A DNA stretch of 64,000 bases, from the NCBI RefSeq assembly GCF_003704095.1, contig NW_020844097.1, positions 1 through 64,000 on the forward strand, in the 5' to 3' direction. Source of the DNA: Pocillopora damicornis (lineage: Eukaryota). A program made the position numbers and the translations under genes. Of this stretch, positions 48,800 to 63,020 are shown one piece after another (positions within the stretch are counted from its first letter, which is position 1; the number at the start of each line of letters is the position of its first letter). Under the pieces are notes generated by a model. The model did no database searches and had not been told where the DNA came from. It saw only the letters and a program-made list of their open reading frames with translations.

Positions 48800-51700
48800 T
48801 CATCTTGAGGTCCTCCGAAGTAAACTAAAAATAAACGCAGCTATTTTTTCATAAGCAACAAACATCAAAGCTGCAGTTGCAACAGTTTGAAGCAACTTAG
48901 CCTCTAGTCCTTTATAAAGTCCTTTAAAGCCTTGTTCCCTGCAAAACAAACAAAGTCACACTTCACAACTAGTTGTTACTCAACGTTGTAATCACAAACA
49001 AGCACTGCTGTGTAAAACCCACCACAACTGGAACAAATGAAGTCAAAACAAAGTGTCATACCTCACAAGTCTCGCCAAAAGAGACAGGATGTCTGCCTTT
49101 CCACTTGGCGTCTTGATTCCAGACTAAAAATAAAAGTATCTTCAGATAGCATACATAACAACAAGAAAAATGGCACACAAAATATTAAGCCTGTCCCGTA
49201 ATGTTTCAAGGAATAGCGCGTATAATATTGGGGAAAGATGTTTTCTGTCTTGTCACGTGCGTGGGACAAAGAAAAAATTCTGAGCTCTTATGAGGAATCG
49301 AACCTCGGACCTCTCAGAAACAGAGACTCTATATGGTGGGCAAAGTTTATTAAGAAGTTCTTATATGACACGCGTCCTGTATACTGCTAGGATCAGCAAT
49401 GTCGATAGCGTCGTATTTTGTATATAGATTAAGAAAGATGGTAAGTTTTAAGCTTAGTAAAGAAATAGAGAACGATGTTTTTCGTCATGTCACGAGCGTG
49501 GGACAAACAAAAAATTCTTAGTCCACACGAGGAATCGAACTTCAGACCTTCGGATTCCGTGCCCAGATACTCTCCCTTCAGCCATAGAGACTTAATGGTA
49601 GGCAAGGCCCACTACGAAGTTCACAGAATATTGCTACTGGTCTCCCGGCTTCCACAACGACGCAAGCCGATGGACCCTGCTTTGCTTCTGTTCATCGTGT
49701 GTGGGCTACCTGAGCAGCTCCCCTTGAAACTGCTCACAGACACCACACTACATACATTGTAACACTTACTCGCTGCTTGCACTGAGCCACTTGAAGTGGA
49801 TAGGTAAGAATAGTAGCCACAGCTTTAGCAATTGCGCCTACAGCAAAATATTGTCTCTTTTTAAGAGTCTGAAAGTAAAACATGAGTCTTAGAACAACCG
49901 CACAGCAGATCTTTACTAACTAGAGACAAAAAGTTTAAGTGATGTTTACTTATCGCGGAAAAAGCAATTTTTGTTTACAAATCTGTTGTTTCACCTCACG
50001 CATCTTCCCAACTATGTCATTACGGTTCTGATGATTTTTTTCTGAGCATGTACATTATCCATCGAAGTTCAGTAAAATGCTTTAAAATTTTCACTGTGTT
50101 TACATGAATCTGTCACACCCACCCCGCTTAATTTACAATGGTCTTACAGGTCATAGGATTTTCGTCAGATTCAAGGTGTGAATGTAATAAATGGCTTGCC
50201 TAACACTGTTCAGGAGCAGAGCCACACGATCAATATCACATGGTAGTAATTCAACCTCCAAAAATAAAAAAGACTATAGTTGATAGCCTAATACTTTACC
50301 AAAGATGCAATAGACTGTGTACAATAACAGAAAATGAAACTGAAGACGATTTAGTGATCGTGTAGTCTGATCGTCTCGATAACAGTAAAAAGGACTGCTC
50401 AGGCAAAATCGTTTTTAAAGACACGGATGGCAGCTGGAAGTTAAATGTTCTCATTCCTAGTGCTCACTACAACTTTATGCTCAGCACAATTTGGTTTGAG
50501 GTGCTAAAAAAACGACCTTACGGTAGATACCTTAGCATTAAAGCGCTACAATTAGTCTTATTCTACTTTTGGTTGCCGTCCGAGTCTGAAAAACGTCTCT
50601 GCTGACGTTCTCGCAGGACTGACGTTTTGACAACCCTGGCGAACTCAATTACAGAGTCAGTTTCAAAACAACATGGTCACTGCGTAATGAAACAACCGAA
50701 CAAAATATACAATATATAGTAATTGCTTGTAAAGATGGATTCCCTTTTCAATTGTCGTCTCTTGTCGGTAAAATAATTAGCATTTCAGGCTCCACATCAG
50801 CAAGGGACAGAAAGTGTACATTATAATAAAATGTCACTGTAGCTGATGGAGACTGAAGGGAAATTTTTTTGTTATCTGCCGAGTACTAGAAAGATCCATC
50901 TCTCACTTAACATTCCACCTTGTTCTTTCAACTTGTTTCCTTTCTTACTAACAAGACTGTAAACTATGTCTCTATCTTTTATCCATAACCCCCAATAAAA
51001 AAACATATGATATACATAATTGAAAAAAAAAAAAAAAAGAAAAGAAATGGAAAAATGCAAAGATGATGTTGTATGTGCACAGACCTTGTTATCTTCAGTC
51101 ATCAAAAACTTCTTTATACCCTCATACACCATAAATTGAATAGCTGGATTACCAGCTAAAACAAGGGATGGCCCTGTACCGCTCCAAAGGGACATCACTC
51201 CTTCTTCTTTGCAAATCCTTTTCAATCCATCTGTAAACCAACATATCAAAGCATCATTTATGTGCATATCAGTCCTACTAGTAAAGCTACAAAATTAATG
51301 TTGCTTGCGTAAAAGGCCAGGGCAATACCAAGGACGCAGAACCATATTCAGAAAATGTTAATTAAAAAAGTTATGAAAAACCAATATTAAAGAAGTGAAA
51401 TTAAAAGATAAGTTCTTTGGCACTTGGTCTTACAAAGATCAAAACAAACAAAGATTTTCATTTTTCACAACAAGAACAGCGAGAATCAGCGAGAAACTCA
51501 ACCACAATGTCTGTGTCCAAATTTTAAGTCTACTGGTTTGCCATCAGCTCTTGTGCTAATAGCTCTGAGTCAATAGAAATCAGTTTTCATTTGAACATGT
51601 AGCTCAGAACAACCCAATGGAATTTTTCTACCATTTTCATTTACCCTCACTCAATACATTTTTCAATTTATTGTGAATAAAGGTGTAACAGTTCATTAAA

Positions 51701-54700
51701 AATGCACTGTAAGTCTACCCTCTACATCTAAACAAGTTGGGCAAAGCAGTTATAATAAATTAAGTTGTACCCATATCTGTGTTGGTTTTGCATTGAAAGA
51801 ATAGCCACACAACTTTTTCAGTCCAAGCAATGATGTTTTTAAAACCTCACTAACTTAGCCCATAAAGAATGTCATGATACTCAAAACGAGGTAAAAAAAA
51901 TTCTTGCTTTCAAAGCAAAGTTTTGCTATTTGTTTGCTTGCTCAACCCAGGTAATTTTTGGATGCAGTCACCTCTGGTAAACTACTTTGCATAGACTATG
52001 AACAATGTACTTACCAATAATTCCTTTGTATTTTGCTGTTTTTGAACATTCAATTTCCTGAGTCCTAAATTTTGCTCCTTGTAATTTTAAGCGGGTATTT
52101 ACAACCCATAGGGGCGTTGTCATAAGAACATTTACAATTCCTGAAAAAGGAAGCAGTAAATATTAATATGGTAGCAGCCTGTACATCAAGAATATGCTTT
52201 GGTTCACATTTATCACCAAATAACAAGAGAGGCAGTGAAACTCTGCAAAAAAAAAAACCTTAAAGAAATGTGTTGTGTAAATTACCAAAGACTGACTGAG
52301 CCATAGAGCAAATAAAGGACACATCTGGAGGAAGACTGCACATCAAAAGCCAGATCATGATTATGCTCAAAAAATTATCCAGATCAAACTTAGTTCAGTT
52401 TACGTAAAAAAGTGTGTCAACTTTGTCAGTTGAAACAATCCACATCCAAGTTTTATTCATAAGATTGTTACATGGATGAGACTTAAAATCAAGGTGGGGT
52501 GTGGGGTACAACTGACTGGTGTTTGGAATCAGTTCATTCCAAGTTTACCAAAAAGTCTGACCTTCAAAAGGATCTTGTGACTCATAGTGCACTTCACACA
52601 GTTTATGATAAAAAAAGGGGGGGGGGCTAATTGTAAGCTAATTAAGACAAATACATTGTGGTTGAGTTAACATAGTTTTCAGTTGGCTGTTATCTACAAG
52701 CAGTCCCTCCTTTTTTCCACAGTCCATCTTGAAAGTAAAATGAACAAAAGTGAAAAGAATGTTTGTGGGTTGCACTAAACTACTTTTTGTGCACCTCACT
52801 GCCAGAGTTCTGCATGGTGCATTTTCATCAATTTTTTTCTGCACTTTTTTTCTCACACAACAGAGTTTGCTGAAAGAAAGGAATGCTCCTAGTCAAGCTT
52901 TTATTTAAACACAGCATGTCTCTCTTTGAGATCTCCTGGAATTCCCTCCTGTTGTAATGAGTCAGAATTAAGAAATGATTCAAGACCTACCACTACATTG
53001 AACTTCTACCAAGTTACAGAATACCATGGAACAAATGTCTAACCCACCTACCCTTCTGCACATTAGCGATGAAGCTATGCATATACATTTTTTAATACTA
53101 TTTGGCACATCAAGTGGTTGAATACTGATCTCATGTGATCTGGATGTGATCCCCATGGCATTCTGTAACTCAGAAGAACTTTAATCAAACTCAATCTTTA
53201 AGAAAAGCCTCAATTCACTTCTCAATTCTCTTCTCAATTCTCCTGGACTAAAAACAAATTAACTCTCTGACTTTTTTCTGACTATGAAAGATTTTTCTGC
53301 TGTGACCTGTGCCAACCATGGTAGTACTCTGAATACACCTTTCAATGGAAAAAAGAACACTGAAATGGCATTACCTGCTAAATATCCAAATAACAGATCT
53401 TGCAGTGATGTAGAAACTTCTCCTCTCCCTACAAATACTGCCTTAAGACCGTTGAAGGTATAAAAATAGAGAAAATTGGAGCAATAAAGGCTTGACAGGA
53501 CTGGAAGGAGACCACGGTACAAAGAGTACCTGTAACACATCCAGACAAACAACGTTTAGTATTTTCTTAAAAAAGGCTGTGGTTATTCATCATGGTGAGT
53601 AACAATAAAAGCTAAGTTTCCCATTTGTCTTACGATGTAGTCACATGTGCTGTTGATTGCGACGTGTCAACTGCATACTGCTAGTCTTCTTATGGCGATG
53701 AGGTCACAACAACAAGGTGTACATGCTGTTTTCAATTTGGAGACTACGCTAAGACCTCAGCTAGTTACAACCAAAAGATGCTGTCAACCTGCCTAAACAA
53801 GATGGCGTAGTTTACAGGATTCCCTGTGAATGCGGCGAGGTGTTCATCGGAGAGTCTGGAAGACCCATGCAAGACAGAATTAAAGAGAGCACAATCAAGA
53901 CATCTGACTTGCCCATACCAAGACCTCCACTGTTTCAGAGCATGCCCACAATATCAGACACAAGCCACTCTGGAACAAAGTAAAGTTTATTGATCATGAC
54001 CCTTATTACTACACGTGCAGGGTCAAAGAGGCAATTCATATAAGACTTCACCCTCACAACATCAACAGGGAGAGTGAAATAGAAATTCCAGAAGCGTGGA
54101 TGCCCATGATAAAAAAAACACAACAACAGGAGAGCCGTGCGACAGCGGACCACCAAGGGAGCAAATCACTGAGTGAAACAGCAAGGATCGAAATGCACCA
54201 ATCAGAGCTGTTGAAAAACAACTAATCACAGCAGAGCATCATGCTTTATAAGATCATGCATGACCAGTCAACCTCATCACCTGAAGAAGACTAGCAGTAT
54301 GCACTCGAAATGTCACGATCTACATCACATGTGACTACATTGTGAAACAAATGGAAAACTTAGCTTTTAACATTCAGTATCTTTGCCATATTCTTTAAAA
54401 TGTGATTTTCATTAATAATTAAAAACTGAAATTCCATTTTCATTAAAAATTAAATGATTGCCAGTGTAAACCACATATCACATATCTGTAAGTTTAATTT
54501 AGATTGTTCAGGCAATGAATGTGCATTCATATGCTGATAATACTCTATGCAAAGGAAGAGCCTGCAAGTGTCTTACCATGTCACTACCAAAACCTTTCAG
54601 GAAATAACTTTGCAAGCAAGATATAATTGACATACTAGAGAGCAGAGTCTACAAATAGACTTTCACACTCTTTGTAGTCATTAGATGTAAGTGGCTGTAA

Positions 54701-56613
54701 TTGTAATCAGCATAATTACAGTGATAGTCTACAGATTTTGGTTTCTACTGAAAATATTATTGACAAAAGACCGTAAATTGAATAATATCATACATACACT
54801 CCTTCCTCTTGAATTATGTCCATCAAAATATGTCCTGTGTTTTTAGCTTTTCTTTTATCATCAACTACAAAAATATTGTTGTGTGACAATGAAAACTTGA
54901 TACACAGCCATGACAGGCAAAAATTTCAAAGACAAAGCTTAGATCAACCCTCTCCCCCATCCCCAAAGAAAAAAAATGGCTGCAAAAATAAGCACAAACA
55001 TTCTTCAAATAAGTGCCCCCTCTCTATCTGCCAACAAGTTTTGAAAGTGTCCACTCCCTTTAAGTTGTAAGTTCTTCCTTCCCTCTCCCTCTGTTGACAG
55101 GTGGTCACATTTGCCACAGCAGTGTGTAATTATAGTATTGAAGTATTAGATTTACACATTCAAAACATGCCTTTTCCATATTATGGCATGTTGAGTGAGC
55201 AAAAAGATTGCTATCTGTGATAAAAATGAAACCTAAAGATCAACTTTGTTTATTCATACCCAGTTTTTTTGGTTTTTTGTTTTCAAACCTACGTCATCAA
55301 ATTGCTGCAAAACAATCATATCTGAACAGTTCGTGAAATATCAAGTACCTTCCCTGCTCTAAACTACTACCATGTATACACACCTTTCCACCCACTTTTC
55401 AATGAATTTTAAGTTTATGTCTGCAGCACTTATTAAAGGTTCAAGGTATTTCAGCAAGTTTCAGTTTTAAGTAAACAGTTACACCCACTTATGTAAGAGC
55501 TGAAATTGTATCAACCTTATATCCTCTAAGAGTTTTTATAACATACTATTTTTCCTCCCTTTATATTTGAGTAACCCACCCCTAATTCCAGAGCCACAAA
55601 AGAATAACCAACCTTGAAGTCTGGTTCTTGCAGTATCTAATGGAAAGAACACTGTCATAGCTGTCACACTTCCCTGTTTAAATAAAATACTATTCAGTTC
55701 ATCAATGTATAGTGGTAGGTTAGGCTTTGTACCATTAACCCTGAATAATTATTTTTTACCACATTCACATATGTCTGCTAGAGTAAAAAAGAATACTAGT
55801 CCCTGGAGAAAGATCACTTGCAACAGGTTGGTTGTCTAAGTAGCTTTTTTCACTCCTTGTATGTAGTGTTAGGTTTCTTTTAAGGAATAGTCAGAGCAAT
55901 CAGTCGTTATGCTGTTTGTTACCAAAAAGTAATTAATAGGAGATTTTTGCTTTCAGAGAATCTGTTCTACCTTTCCACTCAGGTATGGTAGTTTCACCNN
56001 NNNNNNNNNNNNNNNNNNNNNNNNNNNNNNNNNNNNNNNNNNNNNNNNNNNNNNNNNNNNNNNNNNNNNNNNNNNNNNNNNNNNNNNNNNNNNNNNNNNN
56101 NNNNNNNNNNNNNNNNNNNNNNNNNNNNNNNNNNNNNNNNNNNNNNNNNNNNNNNNNNNNNNNNNNNNNNGGGGGGTTGAAGCTGCCAATTGCCTTTTGA
56201 GAACCTCTGTAGCACAATGTTGATGGATTCTTGCTCGATGGTTCACGTCTTAAAGGTAATAAAAAACTATGAAAGGGTCGACATTAAAATTTCCTTTATT
56301 GCATGCGAAAATATACGCGGATATTTGTCCTCAGACATCACCTGATCTGGGAAGTAACCGAAATAACCTGTGATTCGCATCATTCTTCGCATCCTTAGAA
56401 TATTCAAGCATTTTTAAACCGAATGGGCCCTATCATACAATCACAAAAAGTGTGTCTACATTCAGTGCGGACGAAAACACATATGCTGTCACAAGTTAGC
56501 CATGTGTATGATGTACTTACCACTGCGCCGGCAAGAGCGTGCACAAAGTTCTTGTGGGAGAATAACATTTTGAGTGTAACAGGTAGATCCAATGCCGGTA
56601 AAATAGGAACCAT
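48800..56613 (-). CDS. SLC25A17: Peroxisomal membrane carrier PMP34 (315 aa)
   Basis: Exons 56613-56521, 55673-55613, 54864-54798, 53529-53375, 52140-52015, 51230-51085, 49868-49770, 49123-49062, 48938-48800 splice in frame. Motifs: [84 protein letters not shown]. Confidence 0.95.
49235..49625 (-). mobile_element. Tandem dimer of a tRNA-derived repeat (~237-bp unit) in SLC25A17 intron 7
   Basis: GATGTTTT..GTC.TGTCACG.GCGTGGGACAAA.AAAAAATTCT...GAGGAATCGAAC occurs at ~49238 and ~49474. The reverse strand gives a B-box-like GTTCGATTCC. Confidence 0.6.
53575..54350 (+). mobile_element. Penelope-like element 3' fragment (GIY-YIG + terminal repeat), same family as 27297-29290
   Basis: [51 protein letters not shown], and a hammerhead-like end CCTGAAGAAGACTAGCAG...CGAAA. 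Confidence 0.88.
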
Positions 56614-56865
56614 ATCATTGAAGCTTACAGTTTTGGAAAACAAGGTCATTTTTGCTTATAAAATATGTCTGCAATTAAACATTCATTCAAAGAATTTGTT
56701 TCGGAGGTTGCGTAATGGTGAATAGCCGAGTAACGAACTTAGAGCCGATAATGTTTTTGGTCAGCACTAACGCTTAAACTTGGCTACCAAGCTCTAAAAT
56801 GACGTCATTTAAAAATATAGCAAAGGCGAAAATTGTGACGAATTCTTAAAGCGATAGCGAGAAGT
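56614..56865. promoter_or_regulatory. Bidirectional promoter between SLC25A17 and WBP2, containing a palindromic CRE
   Basis: Only 252 bp separate the divergent ATGs. AAATGACGTCATTT (14-bp palindrome containing TGACGTCA) at 56797-56810. Locally CpG-rich. Confidence 0.7.
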
Positions 56866-59800
56866 ATGTCTATGAACAAAGTTGTTTGCTCAAATGGGCG
56901 GCTTACTCTTCATGGAGACTAGTAAGTAAACTTAATCACATTTAAACTTGGGCGCTAGTCTGTTGTAGAGATGGATTTTGGACAATATACGTTGTCTTTT
57001 ATCAGTGTGATATACCATCAAGATGGCGTCGAGTTTGCTCTGGAAGGCGGTGAAATCCCTGGTTATTTGAAAGGCTCAAAGAAAGGAAATATCTTCATTA
57101 CCATTCAGAAAGTAAGTTCTAAAAGATCATATATTTGATTTATTTTACATACACAGCTATCCATGATAGGGGACTTACGTTGCAACCGATTTTGATTAAT
57201 GCAACTGTTTGAAACATGTACGTACTGTCAAGTTTCGCAATGGTGATTGTAAGCGGGTAGTCGTAAGCTTGCTGGCTTAAGTATAATCTACATACTGGTT
57301 GAACTCATTATTTGTTATTTGTTTAAATAGAGCCTGAAAATTAGCAAACCTCGTTGCACTAAGTTATTAAGGTATTCAGTCGATGTTATTGATAATCAAT
57401 CTCAGTCGATATCGATCAATACTAGATGTTAATATATATCACACATGTGAATAGTTCTTTTAGCGTATGCTGATTGGCCAGTTCGGAACTATTTACCTCC
57501 ACGCAGCTAATGAGACAAAGTCTCTGTTCAAGAGTTCAATTCTGACCATTTTCAGTTTATTGAAAGAAATACACTTTACACTCATGGGGTGATGAGGTGT
57601 TTTTGTTGTTGGGTTTTGGTACTTTTTAAATCAACTCTTTCCTTTGCTGTTTGTATTTACATAGTGTTATCATCTTTCAGATCATATTTGCCCCTACAAC
57701 TGGATGCAATTATGGTTCATTTTCAATGAATTTCCATAGTATTCGAAATGTGGAGGTTAGCTTTTCTGGATACTATTCTTGTTATTTTATGATGAAAAAG
57801 TCATAACATGGTAATTTTAAAATATTTTAGATAGCATCAATCTCCATGACAACACAGAGGTACTCATTGAGTTTTTTAGCTCAATCTTCTTTGTCTTTTC
57901 TGAGATTTACTCATTTCAGTATGTGCTTATCTGGAAACATAAAAAATGTATTTTTACAGAAGGCTTAATGAAGCTCTCAAACAACTAATGCTCTGTTAAA
58001 TACTTTTAAGGTCAAGCAACCCATGTTTGGTGCAAATTTTGTGAAGGGGGATGTAATTTCTGAGGCAGATGGTAAGTAAAGAGTAACCTGTTCAAAATCA
58101 TACTAAAAAACAGCTAAACAGTCAAACTTAGGGAAGTGTTGGGGTAAAACAAGCTCTTTTTGGTGGATAATTGAGTTACCAGCTTCAAAGTATGGAAGAT
58201 ACTTGAAGTTCTACCTCAATTTTGTCCTGAAATTTTTCTTATTTCTTTTCAGGTGGTTGGCATGGTAGAGGAACTTTCAAAGTAACCTTCAATAGTGGTG
58301 GAGCTATAGAATTTGCTGAACACTTCAGAGTTGCTGTTGCTAGTGGTGAGTTAATTAATTACACAGGGTTTCAATAGAACCTGTTCACTGGTGGTCAACT
58401 ACCACTCAAACAATGAGTTTGATAAAACTTACTTGATAAAAATTTTAGAAAAATTTCTTTACCGAGGCAGAGTATATATATTTTATGGGTGTAAAATTTT
58501 TATGAAAATGCATGTTTATTTTACTGAACTACAAGTAAATGTTTCTGTAGTCCGTAGGCCTGGGTCTCACCCTCCACCACAGGCACCTGGGCAGCCAGTG
58601 ATGATGAATGGAGGCAACATCTACAACAATATGTACCCAGCTCAATCTGGCTATTATGGAGCCCCTGGGCAGGCATTCTACCCAACTCCGCAACCTGCAG
58701 GATATGCTGTCTATCCACCTCCAGGTACAGTCTTGTTACTGTTTGTCCTATATGGAAATTTAAACCATAACTATTTTTTAGTTTTGGTGCTTAGAATTGA
58801 ATGACATGNNNNNNNNNNNNNNNNNNNNNNNNNNNNNNNNNNNNNNNNNNNNNNNNNNNNNNNNNNNNNNNNNNNNNNNNNNNNNNNNNNNNNNNNNNNN
58901 NNNNNNNNAAAAAAAAAAGAAAAGAAAAAAACAGGCCCAAAGAAGAGAGAAAGAGTACCATTCTGTAACAAAAAGAAAAATCCGTCGTGAAAGTGACTGG
59001 TACTGGCAGAACTCCATGCTGGTGTCCAGATTTGAACAAAGAAGTCCCTGTCAAACCTTAATTTGTCAAACATAATGTAAGAAACTAGGTTTCTTTTTAT
59101 TTATGCAAGTACTCACTGTGATACAAAGCATTTACAATCGCCCTGAATTGTAATTTTGAAAGCTGCGTGTTGATTTGTGGTCTTGCTTCTCAGTGCATTT
59201 CTGGTTTTCCATTTTTGCTGTAGGTTTTTCCTTTGTCTTTGGCAACTTTACCCCCTTTTGTATTGTCCTCCTCAATGCTCCACTGAACAATTAAGATAAA
59301 AAAGACCTGTCTGCAATGGTTTTCTTCTCCCAGGAAATCTTGATCCATCATCAGTGGTGTCAGAAGGTCCCGTTATCCCATTGGTTTGCAGTTTCAGGGG
59401 GGCAAGATAATCTCCTGGGGTGGCATGAGTTGTTCGCAAGCCTTTTTGAGCTAAAATCTTGTATTTGATTTTGGGACCAATACATCTGCTTTGAGTGAGT
59501 TTATTCGGTATTTAGATTTGGCCAATTTTGGTCATATTTTGCCAGAACATTCCAGGAACAATGACAAATTTAAGGGTGTTGGAAAATATTGATATTTGAA
59601 ATATTTTTCCTGTGGCATTCATTTAATATGCAAAATGCCTGGCATATTTTTAGCTACACCTACTTAAGATACCAATATCTAAACAACCAATCAGAATATT
59701 GAAAAAGCTAGACACCCTTCTGTTGATTGAAACCTGGTGATTAAGACTGCAGCCATTTTGCTTGTACTACGGTCTCTAACACCCAATAAATTCAATAAAA

Positions 59801-61832
59801 GAACCCACGGTCATTTCACACTTTACTGGCTCCTGACACTTCCTTAAAGGAAAACTCGCTTAAAATATATATATATTGTAAACTGCAGTTATTAGCCTTT
59901 CTTCAGATATATTGTGTGTGAGGATTTTATTGAAACTAACGCATTTACAAATTTTCTCCCGAAGGACACCTGCAAAGGTGTTAAAGTGGTTTATAACAGC
60001 TGTATTTTTTGTGAGAGAGAACCATATCAACCCAAACACCTGATTGCCAAAAGCAGCTCTTTTTCTCTGTGACAGGACAGGGGTTACACTCAGAGGGGTT
60101 ATTCATGACTAGTTTTGCAATAAAGTTAGGATTTACAGCACTGTAGCTCTACATGCAGTGGTGGATCCTTAAGCAAAAGGAAGGGATATCTTATGTGGTC
60201 TCCAAGAATTTGGTTCAGCCACAGTATTTTGTATTTTTCTCTTCTTTTGAGACACCTCTATCATACAGGGTAGCTGTACAATAACTAAAATAAAATGGAG
60301 TCCCAGGTTTCTTGTTACGGACATGTTTCCCATACAGAAATGTGACAAGCCACATTCTAATTCTGACTTACTTTTATTTTAGGTGGTGTAATGAGTCAGC
60401 CACCACCATACCAGCCTCATGTAAGTTTCTGTTTCTGTGAGGCTTTAATCAAATTTTAATTCAAGAATAATGACAGCTACTTTTATTATTTAGCTATATC
60501 TTTAACAGCTTTATGAGATTACTGAATCATTGCAATGCAGTGAGACTTGGACACAATAAACCCTTGAAGACTGAATTTGGAATTTTCTAGCACTCCTAGA
60601 TTTAATCTTAACAAGACCTAGCAAGCCTATCTCCTTCCCAAAAGTTGCTATCATTCAAACTTGTTATTTAAGCTTGAAGTTAATCACTGTTTGACTTTTC
60701 TTCAGGAAAATCCCCCACCATACCCAGGACAGGCTCCACCCTCTGCACCCCCTCCTACTGATGGCAGTTTTAACTATTCATTTGGAGGTTAGTGGTCTCT
60801 GAGTCTGAATAGCTTCACTGCTAGGCGTTGATTCAAATGTAATTGGATACAGTATTCACATGTACATTTACACTTGCCCCTGAATAATTTCAACATTTTT
60901 CCAAACATGTTCATGTCTTAAGAAAGCCCCACAATAAATAAAAATCAGCATATTAAGAGGGAAATCAGAAGGCATTAAGTGGTGCAGATCTGGATTTGAG
61001 TGAAAATAGTGGCAGATCAATGGATTTGGCCATCACTTGGCATGTATCACTAGATTTTTAAAATATGCTCTTTCGTTTAGTTCCCTAGACTTTATTTTGT
61101 TTCTTTTGATGATCTAAATTTTTGCAGCAGCCTTGGTTTGTAGTCTCACAAATTGCCTTTGCTTCTGTAAAATAAGTTTTGGAACTTTTGCGGTGTGTGT
61201 TTCCAAGAGAATACAAACTGGAGGAAGGGATTGGAAGGTACCTTATTAGGCTATGTCAATATACCCCTGTACAACTCTGTACCAGCAGTAACAAGTGTGG
61301 TGTTAATTTTGGGTGCTTTCCATGAAGTCCCATCAAATCTACTACAGAGCCGTTTTCTCGTCACTTACTTTTGTGTGAATTTTTTTTATCTTCAGTCATT
61401 GTCTGATTGCATTAAGTGGTATGCTTTGTGTAAATAGAGCAAATAGTGACATAACCTGTGTTGTACATATTATGATACCTTTAACAGATGCAAAAGCAAG
61501 AGAGGTTTACAGCACTGGACAAAACGTATATGTACCAGCCCCTCAGGTATGTGAAGTGAGGATAACCTCTTGAATATCGGAAAATTCCTCATTTTTATTT
61601 CACACAAAAACAAAAAAGGAAGGCAGTCTATCGATAAATCTCTATCTGTTGGATAGCGTAGTACGTTTTGTTAACACTTATCCGCTGGGTGGCGAAGTAT
61701 CCGTTAGATCGCTTATACCAAACTTTGAAAAACTGTGCGCAGGCTAGCAACTTAGGTATATATATTTTTCTTTTTTTATAGCCTCCACCTCCCTATGCGC
61801 CACCCCCTTATACTGACAAGAAGAATGATTAA
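56866..61832 (+). CDS. WBP2: WW domain-binding protein 2 family (PH-GRAM domain + Pro-rich PPxY tail), 264 aa
   Basis: Exons 56866-56921, 57006-57111, 57681-57755, 58011-58071, 58253-58345, 58551-58724, 60383-60420, 60706-60787, 61488-61546, 61782-61832 splice in frame. Motifs: KGSKKGNIFIT, EVKQPMFGANFVKG, GGW.G...FKVTFNSGGAIEF, DAKARE, four PPPY motifs, C-terminal DKKND. The gap at 58809-58908 could hide a small exon. Confidence 0.92.
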
Positions 61833-62272
61833 CTGAAGATAATGCGGTCATGGAACAGAATATGCGATGAAATCCAATAAAGTAATTTAAGTTTTGATGG
61901 TAAGAACCACAGGTCATGACCCAGCCACTCACGAGGATCGTGCAACTGTAATTTATGTTAATCATCATTCTAATTGATAAATGAATTCTTCTGAATTTGC
62001 TAAATACTGTAGAAATGAATGAGGTAGTCAGATTGTTGATCGATAAGGTATATACTTTAATAAGGTAAATAGTCCGAAGTACTTTAATCTAGTCTTTAGG
62101 GAAATTTAATCCTTATTATCATAAAAGTTAAATAAAAAGTGACAACACACAATGTAAAAGAGTGATGCGAAGGAGCGCTTTTGACTGTCGTAAAACCTGG
62201 ATCAGAGTACGTGGTCACTTTAGCTAATCGGAATAAAGGAAAATGGCAAAAAAACTCAAATTTAATAACATG

Positions 62273-63020
62273 TTATATACAGTACTTCAAGCACAGGAAA
62301 GCGCGAGTGATTATGTCTTTGTTGGCTTTAGCTTGAATCACTTTGGCTGAGATGGTGGTGTGAGTTTTTGAGATTGTCACTCTACTCCTGTCTCCAAGTA
62401 CAGTTTTTGCTACGTTAGGTAAAAGGAATACAGGTATCACTAGTTCGCAGCGTTCGGAGAGGTTTATCACTTTTGAGATCCCAGGAGACTGTGGTGCAGC
62501 ACTTTAAATGACACAGTTATGAATGGTGTTTGAAAGAGAGAGTAGAGAACTTACTTGAATTTCTTGACTTGGGTAAATTCCACATTAGAAGATTAAATGT
62601 TGAGGTTTTAAACCTTGTGATTTCAAGCTTAATTCGCAGGTAGTGGTTGCCAAGTTTATGTAGATTGCTATTTGCCCGTGAAGCAATAATCACATTGAGT
62701 TGAAGAAACTGACGAAGAAGCTTCTGATAGGAAAAATACTTAATATTTTGGTTGAAGTCTTCGTAATTTTTTTTTTGTCAGTTTTCAATGGCTGTAAGAT
62801 TTTTCCCGTCTGGCTTGTAAAATGAAACACTTCCTCCATTGTTTGTTTAGTTTATAGATGTCGGTTTCTGAATTAACCTGGCGCAATACCCTCATACACA
62901 ATTTAATACCTTGAACAATATCAGAGTCGTGAGCTCACCGAAGCACAAACCAACCCAAACTTCCCCGTGGTTTCGACACGAGAAATGTGAACATTTCTTC
63001 TTTGCAAGAAAAAAGTGCTC
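62273..63020 (-). other. Possible 3' exons of a minus-strand gene or pseudogene convergent with WBP2
   Basis: AG/GT-bounded blocks at ~63020-62910, ~62723-62555 and ~62501-62273 have open frames, but their phases do not join cleanly and I recognise no family. Confidence 0.2.

Noticed and set aside
49500-49600. tRNA-like sequence on the minus strand
   Set aside because: It is degenerate and repeated in tandem with a non-tRNA body, so it is a SINE-type repeat rather than a tRNA gene.
50590-50665. Possible minus-strand hammerhead repeat
   Set aside because: The catalytic core (CTGANGA/GAAA) is too degenerate to support a call.
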